Program-made: the position numbers and the translations under genes | NCBI RefSeq assembly: GCF_018977255.1 | Contig: NW_024704742.1 | Location: 108,378,001 to 108,442,000 of the forward strand | DNA from: Callorhinchus milii | Lineage: Eukaryota | Direction: 5' to 3' | Length of the DNA stretch: 64,000 nt | The notes under the pieces: generated by a model | What the model was told of the DNA's origin: nothing | The model's database searches: none | What the model saw: the letters and a program-made list of their open reading frames with translations, nothing else | Part shown: one piece after another, positions 43,501 through 58,500 of the stretch | Position numbering within the stretch: position 1 is the stretch's first letter | How the letters are laid out: each line of letters starts with the position of its first letter

Positions 43501-46500
43501 CCAAAAGCAATAATAAATTGGTCATTTTCAATCTACGACTGTTTGTGGGACATTGCTGTGTGCAATTGGCTGCCGTGTTCGCCCACAAATATACAGTCAA
43601 TTCACTTTACAGTATGTTCTGTGAAGCGCTTTGGGACGTCCTCCCGACGTGAAAAGCGCTATATCAAATGCAAGGAGTATTATATTATTAAAGAGGAGGG
43701 GACCAAGGACAGAGCCCTGAGGAATTCCTTCTTGGGGTGGGTGGGGGCGAAACTATGGCTGTGAGACCACATCCTCCACATTGCTATTGTATTTTAGTGA
43801 GTTAGCGAGTGTCAGCAGGCTATTGAACCATAATTGGTAATGCAGTTAAGCCTGACCATTACTTCACCTGATGTGCATTACAAGCAAGAGGGGCTAGCAA
43901 ATGGCAAACCTTGCCCAGCTAATATTTTTTTCCTGTTCTCGTTCTCTTTGCCTCCCCAACCTGGGATGCTGACATTATTCTTTAGCTGATCTCAGGCAAG
44001 GCTAGGTTCCAATGCTGTCCTCTCTCCTCCCTTTATGGCTGAATAGCCTGCTGATAGCAGAACTTGAGGAACAGAGGAGAAGGGGGCTGGGGAACAACAA
44101 CAAATTACATTTGTATAGCACCTTTCATGTCAGGAGGATGTCCCAAGGTGCTGGACAGTCAGGGATTCGGAGCCGAGCTGGGGGTTGGGATCAAGAGGAA
44201 TGGAGGACAGGAAGGGTAGGGGTAGGAGAGTGGCCAAAGGTGCAGTCGAGGAGGAGGGTCTTGAGATGAGCCTTAAAGGAGGTAAGGGAGAGGTCGAGAT
44301 ATGGGGTGGAGTTCCAAAGGATGGTGGCAGAGAGAGACTGAAGGCCAGACCGCTGATGGTGGGGTGGGCCGGGTGGGCGACATAGAGCAAGCCAAAGTCC
44401 AAAAAGCACAGTGAGTGGACAAGGAACTCTAAAAATTGATGAAGAAAGCAAAACTATTTCTAAGTGGGATTTTGATGTAAAGTATAGCAGCAAATACCTT
44501 CATCCGGCCAGCGAGATCCAGCAGCCCTCTCCTCTGCACAAGATTGTAGATGTAGTTGAACTGACCCAATGCTTCAGTCACCGGGGCAGTGCAAACTTCA
44601 TTCTTAAGATATTTGGTCAGGTGAAGTGCTTCTCCCAGTGGGATTCTGCCTAAGCTAAAAGAGAGAAACATCAGTTGAGACAATGCAGGGGATGCATTTT
44701 TAAGACAATGTGACATACAAAACAGTATCAATAGCTTGAATGATTTTCATTGAATCCGGACTCATTAAAATGCCACATAGTCATTAAGACTGTAGAACTC
44801 AACTTCAAGATCCTCATTCTCATCTACAAATACCTTCATGCTCTAGCACCTCACTCTCCTCTCTGACCTGCTTACTCAGCACTCCACCACTCACCGCCTC
44901 TGCTTGGCTGCCTCTAACCTCCTGCTTGTCCCTTGTTCCCTCTGTGATTTCAGCCACTACGTCCTAAAACTTTGGAGCGCTCTCTCTCAATCCCTCAGCT
45001 TTTCCCCCTCCTTCCCCATTTTCAGATCATGCCTGAAGACCTTCTTCTTTGACCGTACCCTGGCTTGGTGTCAGGCTCCACCATTGTTAAGCTCATCCTT
45101 CCAGACTACCTACTGTCTTCCCATCACAGCATCAAGCTTTTTTTTTAAATGTCCAGCATACTGAAATGAGTCCTCACCCATTTCTTACTCCCTCCCATAC
45201 CCTTCTCTTTCCCTCTCCCTCACATGAAGATCAAGCTTCCTCTTGAATGCATCTACACTGTCTGATTTGACCACTGCTTCAAGCAGCGATTTCCATAATC
45301 TCACTGCCCTCCACGTGAAGTAGTTCCTCCTAAATTCTCTTTTAGATTTCCTAGTTGCTATCTTATATTTGTGTTTTCTGGATATGGATTCCCTAATCAG
45401 TGGAAACAGCCTGTTTATGTTAACCTTATTGAATCCTTTTATAATTTTAAATACTTCTATCAGGTCCCCCCCCCTAAACGTCTCCTCTCTTGCTTTTCAT
45501 GTCAGGAGGACGTCTCGAAGCTCTTGACAAAGCTGGCTGGACAACTGAGCTGGTGGCAGATCACTGAAAGTGCGGTCTTTCTTGGTTTCAAACCCAGCTA
45601 CTGACCACACCTGACTGATACAACACAGTGGTGTCAATTAACAATTTGCAACTGTATCAAGTAGCAAGTGTGCCATAATGCATACTGAACATAGTCAGCA
45701 ATAACACGAAGGAGAAACAGAATCAAGCCAGACAATTACCTTACAAGTCCAAAAGCATTGTTGATGAGACTCGCTCGGTCGTGGTCGCTGAGTACTGTAT
45801 GATTCTTTTGTAATAATTGTATTAATTCCTCTGAACAGTTTTCATAATATACCACGTAATACCCACTTGTATTCAGATTAAACTTCACCCAGGTCACATC
45901 TGGTTCCGTAAAATCAATGGTGCCTGATGGAAGGTAAAATACATCAAAATTTTTATGAAATTCCCTGGCATCATTGCTAAGACTAGACACTGATAACTAA
46001 GAGTTTAGCTGCAATATCTTCATGATTATATTAGAGCTGTCATGTTTATCTCAAATTTGTAAAACGTACAACAATGATTCTATACTGCAATTACTTTGTT
46101 CCTTTCCCATTCTGTCCGGTACCAATATCATTTAGTGTTCGATGTGACCACGTGGGGGCAGGAAAAGAAACTGATAGATGAGACATAGTGGGGTTGACGG
46201 AACCAGTAAGGAGGTTTCATTTTGTAAAAGAATATAGCTAAAGACATCCGGAAGGAGACAGCAGTAATCAAAATATATTCTCGCGGCCTTGTTTAGCAAT
46301 GTAAACTCTGCCTCATCATCTGCCATAGCTCCAGTAAAACTTGACAAATTGCTCATCACAGCACTGGTCTAACTCGTTGAGCAGAGGCTGAAATGTATTT
46401 TATTGCCTGAAGTCACAGCCAGTTACCTGTTTTTTCCTTAAGAAGCCATTTTTTGATGCAATTGGAATCCTTATAATTGCTGCAGCTGCTGGTTATGTAC

Positions 46501-49500
46501 GTCAGTGGGATGTGCCACAGGGAGCTGAGGAAATCAAAGGCACAGGTTCAACCCCTTCCATTTTGTTCAAGCATGACGCATTCAGGATCCCGATTAAGGT
46601 ATTAGGCTGTTAAAAGGTCTAAATGAATCAAAGCACATCTCAAAATGCAGTGAACTCTGTGGTCCTTGTGATATTTATCAGGTTGAATGAGCCAGATAAA
46701 GCTTCCCCTCCACAGGCCGTGCTCAGCAGTGAAGTCCACAAAGCGTAGCCCAAGACTTGTGGTTCTGCCTCCAGCCTGTTCGATGTGTTCAAGGTCACAT
46801 GAGTAGCAAATTATACCACAATATCCTATCCTTAAACACAGGGTGGAGAATTTTGAAGTTCAAACCAGATTACACTTTATTGTACTATAGTGACTCATTA
46901 TACATTTTCTTTGAGGATCCCAGAATGTGTCCAATCTGGTTGAGTTACCTTATCATTCTTTGAGATTCTTCAGACATACTCTGCTGCTCCTGTTAAATAA
47001 TCCTGAATCAGAACTCGATGTGATATTTATCAGGTTGAATGAGCCAGATAAAGCTGCCAGACACCTCACTATAATATACAATAGTGTTGCAGTAAAGAGT
47101 TAATGAATGAAGCGCATTGCCTTAGTTCTCTCCTGTGTTTATCTGAACTAAACTGCATGTAATCATTAGATAAACCATAAAACCTTCCTTATGGGACAAG
47201 GCGGCAATTAAAGAACACCAGAGGTCAGAATTAAAGGGGAGAGGCAAAACCAATTGTTCTCAGCAGAGCAATATCATGTAGCACCGTGGAGCTCAGCAGA
47301 TCAACCTTGAACAGAAAGTCACCAAGTGTTTTCAGATAGCCAGGACACTGAGGAGTTTAATAATTTAGTTTCATTTGGGAACATTGCTTGACTCAAGATT
47401 GTTTAAAGTTTGTGTTCTTCTTAAGGTCAATTATATGTTTGGAGAATTGCTAGGTAGTGCTGGAGAATATAAGTGTGCATATTTCACTCAAGAGAGACCA
47501 ATAACTACATTAACTATTTCCTTGTCAGGGACAGTGAAGGCTGCCTACAGTGTTAGCTTCCTGCTTTCTGTTCTGGTGTGAGGGAAGTGAGTGGGCCTGC
47601 TTTGCTGACAATGAGAGAATGGCGTCCACAATACAACCACATTATTAGCAAATTTGTGCTATAGTGAAGTAATGGATCTAAATTGCATGCTGCGTTCTCA
47701 AACTCTGTGAAAAAATTGTGGGTCAGATTAACTATATACAAATATACTGGTGCTGTGAATTCTGTAATCCTTTACATTGGTTACTAATCATATAATTACA
47801 TGCACTTATATGTGTTTGCATATTGTTAACCCAACATGCAAATTAAGCCCAACAATTTAACCTTGATTTCAGAAATGCAGGCTCCCTTTGGCAGTGTTCA
47901 GCTTTTTATCCTCTCCACCAGACTTCTCAGACCACGAGTGCTCAACAGGGTGCTATGCCCAGTCTTTTTTTCTACACCAGGTCCATTTCCAGTAGGACAT
48001 GTTTCCATATTCCACATCCACTGGTAGTCCCCGGCAGCCTTGCTATAACACGCTTCACTAGAGTGCAAATTCAGTTATGATGCAGTTACTGGGGACCCCT
48101 TCACTATGCAGGTGCACTGCTGACCTGCTCACTTGCCACAAACCAAATGGTGCTAAAATGGCTGACTTATAATCCTTGCATTTGATATAGGGTTCAGGGT
48201 CAATAAGTCAGTGTCGACGTCACGTCCCGTTTGCTGCGCATTCGCAAAGCAGGAAGTAATGTTGTTGATGATTTATTGATTTTGAAGTTGCCCATTTTTA
48301 GCTTGCTGCTAAAACTGGCCAACTTTCAGATCATAAGGTCACTGCTAACATCACTTCCTGTTTCACACATGTCCAGCAAATGGGGAGGGACGTTGACAAA
48401 GACCCAATGATCCTGAAGTTTTTTTCTTTTAGCAAAGAATGCTCTACTTGAAAGGGTTTCCTCAAATCTCCAATGATAATCCTGATCTTATGCCTAACCT
48501 CAGAAGAACACTTGCAAAGCAGTTAAGACTTTTCACTCACAAAACACAGTCAAAACCACTATACAGTATATCCTGTGAAGTGCTTTGAGACATCTTGACA
48601 AAGTTATATCAGTTTCAAGAATTATTATATACTATTATAGGCATATGAAAGAGGGGAGCTTGAAGGGGTGTGGGGATAAGGCAGAGCAATGGGGTTGAAT
48701 TGATCTCCTTCTCTGTGAGTCGGTGTAGACTCGATGAGCCAAATGGCCTTCATCTGCTCTGTAGATTTCTATGTTTCTAAACTGAACGATGCAGTTAAAC
48801 CTGCTAGAGCATGGATGGGATTTTATGGAACCAGATCATCAGGACTCCATTGTAGGAGATTTGGAAAAATAACCCGTCATTAAATAAATATGTATTTTAT
48901 AAACAAAATGCATTATGCAGCACTTAGCTGAGTCGGATAGTCAGATGTATCTGACACCTTTCACTTTGATCCCAATCTCTTCAGCCAGAGAACAGAGCTG
49001 AATATTTCTAACCTCAAGCTTTAAATTTATTTTCAGCATTTGTGTGACTTGTACCTGGAATTGGTTGAAGATGCTGGATCCTGGGGCATAACTGTCTTGA
49101 GGAATCTCTCTTGGCTGATGTAAATTTTCTTGGCAGCTTTGTCCAGCTTAACAGTGACCAGGGGAAATCCAGTCTGCAGTGTCCATGTTTTCATCATTTC
49201 TTTCACATCTAAATCATGATCTTTAATCTGTGAAAGAAAACAGTGCACTGACTACTGTTGGAAATAAGCATTCAGTATTTCCATTCTTGCTTAGTATTCA
49301 GTGAGTGTTTTTTGAAAATAAGCATGCAATAAACATTGGACGAGAAAAGATGAAGTTCAACTGTTCAATTCGCTCCTGCCCTTACCTCCTTCAAAGTCCT
49401 TCTCAAGATCCTTCTCTTCAAACGTACCTTAGGTCACCCTCCTACCCCCACCTTCCCTGCCCTCCACCCCTCCTGATCCCAATTCCCAGCTCGGGCCCAA

Positions 49501-52500
49501 CTCCTTGACTGTCTGGCGCCTTGGGATGTCCTCCTGGTATGAAAGGCGCTATACAAATGTCATTTGTTGTTGTTGATTCCCTCCCCCGCCCAATCAGGAA
49601 GGTAAGCAACATTTTGGGGTAGGCGATCATGTAATCTATGTCGAGAGCTGATTATCTGCAACAATTTGGACTGGTCCCATTTTGGTTAGGAAATAGTATG
49701 GATAATTGGTCATAGCACAAAATACAAATCAACAACAATAAGTTGCATTTATATACAGTACTGCCCTTTATATACATTGATGCCCTTTATATAGAGTAGT
49801 GCCCTTTACATGGGTTTGCTGAACAATGGCGTAGTTTGATGCTGAGCTGGGGAGAGAGGAAAGGTCTTCAGGTGCGATCAGCAACAGTGTTAACCAAAAA
49901 TTCCTTCATCAGAAGTTACATCACTATGGTAGTGATCACAATGTGCATGGTCTTCTCTCTCTCACCAGTAACTCATTTTCTCTCTCTCACCAAGTCTCCA
50001 TCTCTCACTCTATTTCTAACCTTCATGTTTGCTATCTCCTTACTCCACAGGCCTGATAATAATCCCTCAAGAGAAAAAAATAATAAATTTGTCATTTCAA
50101 TCCACAACTGTTTGTGGGACACTGATATGCGCAATTGGCTGCCGCGTTTCGCCCACAAATATACAGTCAATTCACTTTACAGTATATTCCGTGAAGACGT
50201 GAAAAGTGCTATATCAAATGCAAGTATTATTATTATGATTATTATCTTTTTAACACCAGTTTGGAATGAAGGAACTGTTTAATCTTACAGAAGGAGTCAG
50301 CCAGTTACTTGGTGAAGTAAAGGCAGAAATATCATAGTCATTTTGTTTCTCATATTGTCTTCTGCAGAATAAAGATCTGCTTTAAAACACTATTTCTGTG
50401 CTGCTGCAAAGACAAACAAATAGGTATTCCATCTTCTCAAAAGAGACAAGTTTTCAATCCAGTCGGTACTCAAATTCTCAAGAGTTTTGGCACAGCTATG
50501 AATATTGTTAATCACACACAACTAGCAGCCTAGGTTAGCATTCAGCTCCTTCTAGGTCATTATGAGAAAGGCACGATCACAACCTCTTGCTCTGATTCTC
50601 TCCCCTTACTAAATAAACACTTATGAAAACTTGTGATAAACTTTGAGACGTCTTGATGATGTGAAAAGGTGCCATATCATATGTAAGGATTATTATTACC
50701 TCTGTGCTGCCAGTTTAGTGTGCTTTGTGAGTGACAGCCCTAGAAATCTTGCACGAATACATGCAGTGTTTTTGTATCTTACAATGCTGAGTTATCTGCA
50801 TTGGAGTTCAATGCTGATAAGTGGACAACAACAACAAAATACATTTGTATAGTGCCTTTCACGTCAGGAGGACGTCCCAAAGCGCTGGACAGTCAGGGAT
50901 CTGTACCCGAGCTGGTGGTTGGGTTCATGAGGGATGGAGGGCGGGGAGGGTAGGGATAAGAGGGTGACCGAAGGCAAGGTTGAAGAAGAGGATGTTGAGA
51001 CGGATCTTGAAGGCGGCAGGGGAGGGGGCGAGGATGAAGGATTCTGGGATGGAGTTCCACAGGGTGGGGGCAGAGAGACTGAAGGCCCACCCACCAATAG
51101 TGGGGCGGGTGAGGCGGGGACACGAAGCAGGCCGGAGCTTTGAAGATGAGGATCAAGATCTTGAACTGTATCCTGAAGGATGAAGATAGTTGACAAGTGG
51201 ATTCAATTTGCACATTATCAGCCAATGGGAATAGCAGAACTTTATCAGGTGCAGAGTAAAGCAGATTGCAACTTGTGTTCTGTATTAATCCAGTATTCAG
51301 CTAAATCCGTCACCAAACATCACTTTCCAGTGTAAATTAGTTTTTAGCTAATGTCATTTGGATTCTCTTCATTTCCTTATTCTCTCTTACTTGACATCAT
51401 TTTGTTGGATAGCTCTTTTTCCAAACTATTATTTTGATTTATTGATGCCTCTCTTCTAGTGATTGCTCTCTTCCTTTTCTAATACAACTAAATACAGCAA
51501 GACCCCTTTATCAGGCATCACGCTGTACGTGACTTCCATATAGCTGACTTCTGGGATGTCAGGTCACCGCTGAAGTCACTTCCTGCAGGCTGTGCATAAT
51601 CCACATGTGTGATGCACACAAAATGACATCAGTGACTCTTCCTGAATGTAGCAGCAGACGTGTAGGAAGTGTCATCAGCACTGACCTGACCAAACAGAAA
51701 GTCAGCCATTTCCTACAATTCCTTTAACGTAAGAGTCTGAGCTTGGGACGTCCTCCCGACGTGAAAGGCGCTATACAAATGTAATTTTGTTGTTGTTGCT
51801 GTCGAGCCTACAGACCCAGACCACCCCATCACAATGCAGTTGTTCTGTATTTACCTGAACATCTTCCACTACAAAATATGTGATCATAAATGAAATAAAT
51901 GTTATAAATTTTATCAGTTGATGTTGTTACAGGATTAGACATGATAGTGCTGCAAGAGCTGGAGACCAATCATCATCTACATTACAAAATATGTTGTATT
52001 CATAATAAGTATTACTAAGTACACTTACTTTCGCTATACTGTTCCACAAATCTTCATTTTTAGCACTTCCAAATTTGTGGTCCATCAGGTATCTCATAAT
52101 TCCTTGTTGGAAAGTGTCTTCAGACAGGAAGTCCTTCAGCATCAAAAGAATGGAAGCTCCCTAGTGTAAAAAGGGAAAGAACTGATCACTCGAATCAATA
52201 GTTTACTGAATTACTGAAAGGATCGATTGCAAGATCCTCATCCAACCACCTCCCTACCACTCTGACCTGCTTGTAGCTCACTCCACTGCCCACCCCCATC
52301 GTTCAGCAAACACAGGTCCCTCCATGCCACCAATGGTGACCGTGTCTTCAGTCACCTCTGGAACTTTCCCCTTACAGTTGCACATTCACAGGAAAGTTCT
52401 GCAGTACTTCTGGTAGTAATGTATTTACACTAAACAATATTGTTAATTGTTCAGGTGGATGTCAAAGATATGCTGACTCAATCAGAAAGAGAAGGGAGTT

Positions 52501-55500
52501 TCTCCCAGAGTCCTGACCTTGCAGTTAAATTGATGACTCATCTCATGGCTGTCTGCGGGCATTATCACACACTTTATAGAAACTTTGTGAAGTGCTTTGA
52601 GATATTCTTGATGTTATAGGCATTGTATTAAATGCAAGGATTGTTCATTGTCATTATTTATTGATGGCAGAAAATGCAACATGAAAATAGTTTTTCAGAA
52701 AGGCACATATAAGCCAAATGAAATTACACTTTTAAGTTGTTGGAATGATACAATGTGAGGGCTGAAATCGACAAGTGCTTGAATAATTTTTTACCCATTT
52801 TGATAGGCGGACTTTCAGCCACTTGGCACCTACTCTCTGGAACTCCATTCCCAGGTCCCTCTGACTTACTCCCTCCCTTCCCTTTTTCAAAGTACGCCTC
52901 AAAATGCACCTCTTTGACTGTGCTTTCGAGCATCTTTCTCTTGTTCGCCCTCCTTAGCTCCCACCCTCAGCTCCAGGCACAGCTAGAATTGTGAAGTGGT
53001 TTGGGACATCCTCCCAATGTGAAAGGCACTACACATATTGTATTGTAGCGTAGACATACGGAAGATGTTTCCACTTGTGGAGGAGACCAAAACCAGGGGC
53101 CATCAATATAAAATAGTCACAAATTGATCAAATAGGGAAGTTAGAAAAAATTTCTTCACACAGAGAGCAGTGGAAATGTGGGACATGCCACCACAAGGAG
53201 TTGTTGAGGAAACTAGCATAGATGTATTTAAGGGAAGGCTAGATAGGTACATGAGGGAGAAAGGAATAGAAGGTTATGCTTGAAGGCTTAGTTGAGGAAG
53301 GGCAGGAGGAGGCTCATGTGGAGCAGAAACACCGGCATAGACCAGTTGGGCCGAATGGCCTGTTTCTGTGCTGTACATTCTAATGTATTGGCCCTGTTGG
53401 TGGAAAGCCAGAATCTGAACCACATTCTTCCTCTCGTTGGCAATCCTGTCATTTACACACTATTGTATAACACACTAAGAGAGACCAGATGATTTACAAA
53501 TCCAATCGTATTGGTACCTTATCATAAGAAACTGTATCGAACATCTCCTCAATCTGTTCTGCGGTTTCAACAGGAGTGGACAATGGGTGGGATGAGTTCA
53601 GAGAATCCTTGTCCATTGCCAGGAAACGTCTTTGTAAAAATCTGTCAGCCTATAAACAGTGAACAGAAATAAAGGAATGCAATACCATTAGAGCAAGAGA
53701 AGCAATTCAACAGCAATAGAGAAAGCAATCCAGCTTCGGATAAGTGTGATTGTCACCAATCTCTGGGCAAAATCTGAAGATCATAGATATACAGATGAAC
53801 TGTGTTCAGTTTGGCGCACCCAGAAGGGTATGGGAGAGTAAGTAGTGGGTGGAGACTCATGTGAAGTATAAACACAGGTGTGAACCAGTTGGGCCGAATG
53901 GCCTGTTAATGTGCTGAATATTCTATGTAAATATGTAAATCAGTGACACATGCCAATTTTTTAAATTTCCTAACATAACTCAATATAAGGCACAACCAGG
54001 TTATACTCCTCCAAAGCAGAATGTGGTTGTAATGGATCGCACTTAGTATGATGAAAAATGATAAATTACACTTATTTCACTCACCACTTGGAGTTCTGGG
54101 TATATCTTTTCAAGTGAGAGAAATTCCATAAAGGTGGCAAAGCCTTCATTTAACCAAAGGTCGTTCCACCATTCCATTGTCACCAAGTTACCAAACCACT
54201 GAGAAGACAAAACAGTCCAGGTAAAAACAGCTCTTGCATATGACAAGTAATGTTAAAGAGCAATCAGAAGACGACTGCTGCGGAAAGAACTTGTTTCATA
54301 CGGTCTGGAATATAAAAGTAAGGAGGTGTTTCTCCATTTATATAGAGGGCTTGGTAGACCTCATTTGGTAGTTATTGTTGTGCCCAAAACTGAACACAGA
54401 TATACCCGGAAATGTATTCAGTTTAGGGCACAGCAACATCAAATTACATTAAATAATGCCTCTCACGTCGGAAGGACGTTCCAAGGCACCTGTCTTAAGG
54501 ATAAACTAGCCTTGGAGGGTGTCCAGCAATGGTTCATTAGATACCAGATTAATACCTGGGCTAAAGGTCTATGATGAGAGGCTGTTTTCACAGGGATTAT
54601 ATTCCTTAGAGCAAACAAGATTAATAGGTGATTTGATTGAGATGTTGAAAATAATTACCAAAATTAACAGATTAGTGGACAACTCTTCCAGGCGCGGAAC
54701 ATGGAGTAGGCCAGAACCCACTGAGTGGAGGGAGCAGATAAGTTGATATGGGGTTAGCAGGTCACAGATGTAGGGAGGAGCAAGGCCATGGAGGGCTTTG
54801 AAGAGTTCTGGATGATCTGCAGCTTGTGGAGGGAATAGTTGGGAAGGTCGACAAGCAGGTGTTAGCATAGTCAAGCCTGGATGTGATGAATGGCTCCTAA
54901 AATAGGCATTAGCATGGTCTGAACGTTGCCCCCTCTCCATCCATCTTTATATCCTGCCTTAAAACCTCCCTGTTCGACTGTGCCAAAGGCTACCTCCCAT
55001 TTTCTCTCCCCTTTCTCTTTTCTTCCTTGCTTGGCTTCCGAACCAGTCATTGTTAAACGCTCCAAGACATTATCCTATGTGAAGTTGTTGTCACTGTTAT
55101 TGTAATTATGTGTAGGAAAGATTGGAAAGCATATGCTAAAACTTCAACTAGTTCCTGTGATGTAGAGCAGGTTAAGGTCAGAGCTAAGATAATTAATTTT
55201 TTTAGCAACAATGTATTTCATTAGTGTGGTACAAACATGAGTTTGGTGAGTTTTATCAAGTGTTCAGATTTGCTGGAGTCGTCAAGCTCCAGTGAGATTA
55301 CCGGGCAAACCACCCACTCATTCTACACACTTCAGATGTTCAACTTCAGAAGTTTGAAGCATATTGTTCATGTCCCTCACCGGTTCCCTTTCACGTCCAA
55401 CCTATTGAATTCTATCAATCTTTGAATCAAATCGTAAATTATAAGCCGCAGCTGCACACTAGAGCAATATAATAATCCTTGCATTTGATCTAGCACCTTA

Positions 55501-58500
55501 TTACGTCATTGAGACCACTCAAAGTGCTTCACATATACTGTAAAGTGGACGGCTGTATTTTGTGGGCGAAACACGGAAAGCATGAGTCCCATCTGCAGAA
55601 ATGATGTAAAGAAAAATTATAAAACATTTCCCAAAAAATAAAACTCATCAGAAATTGGGAGACTTCATCTCAATTAGGCTCCAGTTTTAGTAGGAAGGAT
55701 CATTTAAAGTATAACTTACTTTGCCAAATCTAAAAGAAAATTGAAATGTATTTATTATCACAGTAGAAATATTTGGCACAGGCCAAAGATCTGCTTCCAC
55801 GTGAATAACCATTGCAAGGTTGTTATATACCGGTCATTTCATTAGAAGTTGGTTGCATACAAGACAATTCATTCCTTGCTAACAAGCATGGGATATGGAA
55901 TAAATGAGCTGTTCATGTCACAGCACATGATATCGCTGCTCTGTAATTAACATAGAAAGAGTCAAAGTGCCATAGCTCAGACAGAAACTTGCAACAGTCA
56001 AATGTTGTTAGAATGTGGAGGATTACTAAAATCACTGTTTTGTTTCTGAAAAAAAATATTGGGGGTAAATTTGTGACAATCCATAACAGATTCATGTTGA
56101 AATCGGTTTAAAACAGCAAAATTTCAGTTCTAAATATCTCCCACAGCTTAGGGAATCAACAACAACAATAACGAAATTACATTTGTATAGCACCTTTCAC
56201 ATTGGGAGGACATCCCAAGGCGCTGGACAGTCAAGTATTTCGGACCCAAGCCGGGGGTCAGGATTGCGGAGGGTGGAGGGCAGGGGGAGGAGGATGAGCC
56301 AAGGCAGGGTCGAAGAGGAAGGTCTTGAAACATGTCTTGAAGGAGGCAAGGGAGGGGGTGAGGCGGGGGGACTGCAGGATGGAGTTCCAGAGGGTGGGGG
56401 CAGAGTGGCTGAAGGCCCGGTCGTCAATGGTGGGGCAGGCGAGGTGGGGGACATGAAGCAAGCCAGAGCCCGCTGAGCGGAGGGAGCAGGCAGGTTGGTA
56501 GGAGGTTAGGAGGTCGTAGAGATAGGGGGAGCAAGGCCATGGAGGGCTTTGAAAGTGAGGATCAGAATCTTGAGCTGTACCCTCTGTGTCATGGAAGCCA
56601 GTGGAGTCGGGCGAGGATGGGAGTGATAGGGTCGCAGAGTTTGGTGCGTGAGAGGGCACGGGCTACAGAGTTCTGGATGATCTGCAACCTATGGAGGGAG
56701 GAGTTGGGGAGGTCGACAAGCAGGGAGTTTGTGCAGTCGAGCCTGGATGTTATAATAATAATCCTTACATTTGATATAGCGCTTTTCACGTCTTCTAGAC
56801 GTCTCAAAGCGCTTCACAGAATATACTGTCAAGTGAATTGACTGTATATCTGTGGGCGAAATGCACAAAGCGAGTGCTCTAACCACTGAGCTACACGACT
56901 CAACTGAGCTACAGGACTCGATAAATTATATGTTATGAATGTATGTATAAGTGTCTTGGTGGCCTGTGGTATGAGACAGTGGTGGAGCCGGGCGATGTTG
57001 CGGAGGTGGGGGAAAGCAGAGCAGGTCATGGCACAGATGCGGGGTAAAAGGATATTTGAGGGTCAAACAAGATTGGCTCAGTGAGGTGGAGTGTGCCTCC
57101 CTGGATGGGATGCTGTCAGCGTGTGAGGTGAGGAGACGCTGATGAGAGCCAATCAGGAGAGTCTCGGTCTTGTTGATGCTGATGTAGAAAGTTAGTTCTC
57201 ATCCAGGACTTGTTGTCTGACAGACATTCTGTCAGGACAGCAGTGTTCCTGGAGTCAAGGGCGGAGGCAGAGATAGAGTTGTGTGTCATCCGCATAAATG
57301 TGGAAATGACCTCATGTCTGCGGATGATGTCACCAAGAGGGAGCATTTAGACATTGAAGAGGAGGGGACCATGGAAAGAGCCCTGAGGAACACCGCACGA
57401 GAATGATGCAGGGGTTAGAGGAAAAGCCGTTTGTGGAGATGAAGTGGAGACAGTGTGAGAGATAGGATCTGAACCATGAAGGTTGAGGTGAGAGAGGCAG
57501 TGGAGGAGGATAGATTGGTCTGTATATATGCATACACCCATTATTACATTTTGAATATTCATTTTCTGAGTACTATCTCTTACCTAAACTAAGGTAATCT
57601 GCTCCACTCTATTTGGTCCTCCTCATAACACTACAAAAATCTTTCCCTCACTTTCATTCTTTGTCTTTGGTATATTTGATTGCTGAAGGTGAGAGGTGTG
57701 AGTGACAGGATCTCACTGTTATTTCAGTTTTATATTTAGCGATTAGGGTCAGATACCTGATGGGCCAGTTCATGAGCTATCACCATGGTAATCATTTGTT
57801 TGTCCATTATCGATGAATAGTTATAACTGTACAGGAGCAATGATTCTCGGAAAGTGATTAGACCCCAGTTTTCCATGGCTCCTGCTTGGAAATCAGGAAT
57901 ACCGACCAAATCTAGGAAGAGAATACATACACACTATCAATGTAAGAAATGCCATGTTACTGTAAATCTAATACATTCATTAGGCTCCGTTTAAATAATA
58001 ATCCTTGTATTTGCATATAACGTTCGCCCACAAATATACAGTCAATTCACTTTACAGTGTGTTCTGTGAAACGCTTTGGGACGTCCTCCTGACGTGAAAA
58101 GCGCTATATCAAATGCAAGGATTATTATTATTATAACAACATCTTTCACATGGGAGGACGTCTCAAAGAGCTTCACGGAATTTACTGTAAAGTGTGGTCA
58201 CTGTTTATTTTGTAGGTGAGTGCACAGATAAGAGATGAGACTGTTTCTCATCTTCCCTCCCCTCACCCTGACCATTTCCCCCCTGCTTGGGTCATGACCC
58301 AACTGTGCAGCGCCTTGGGACGTCCTCCTGATGTGAAAGGCGCTTTATAAATGGAATCTTGTTGTTGTTGTTCAATTAGCCTCAGTGTCTTGAATCCAGG
58401 GGAGGGAAAGAAATAAAAATGAAGCCAGGGTTACCATTCTCCATTACAATATAATTTACATTCATATAGCACCTTTCACATCGGGAGGACGTCTCAAAAC

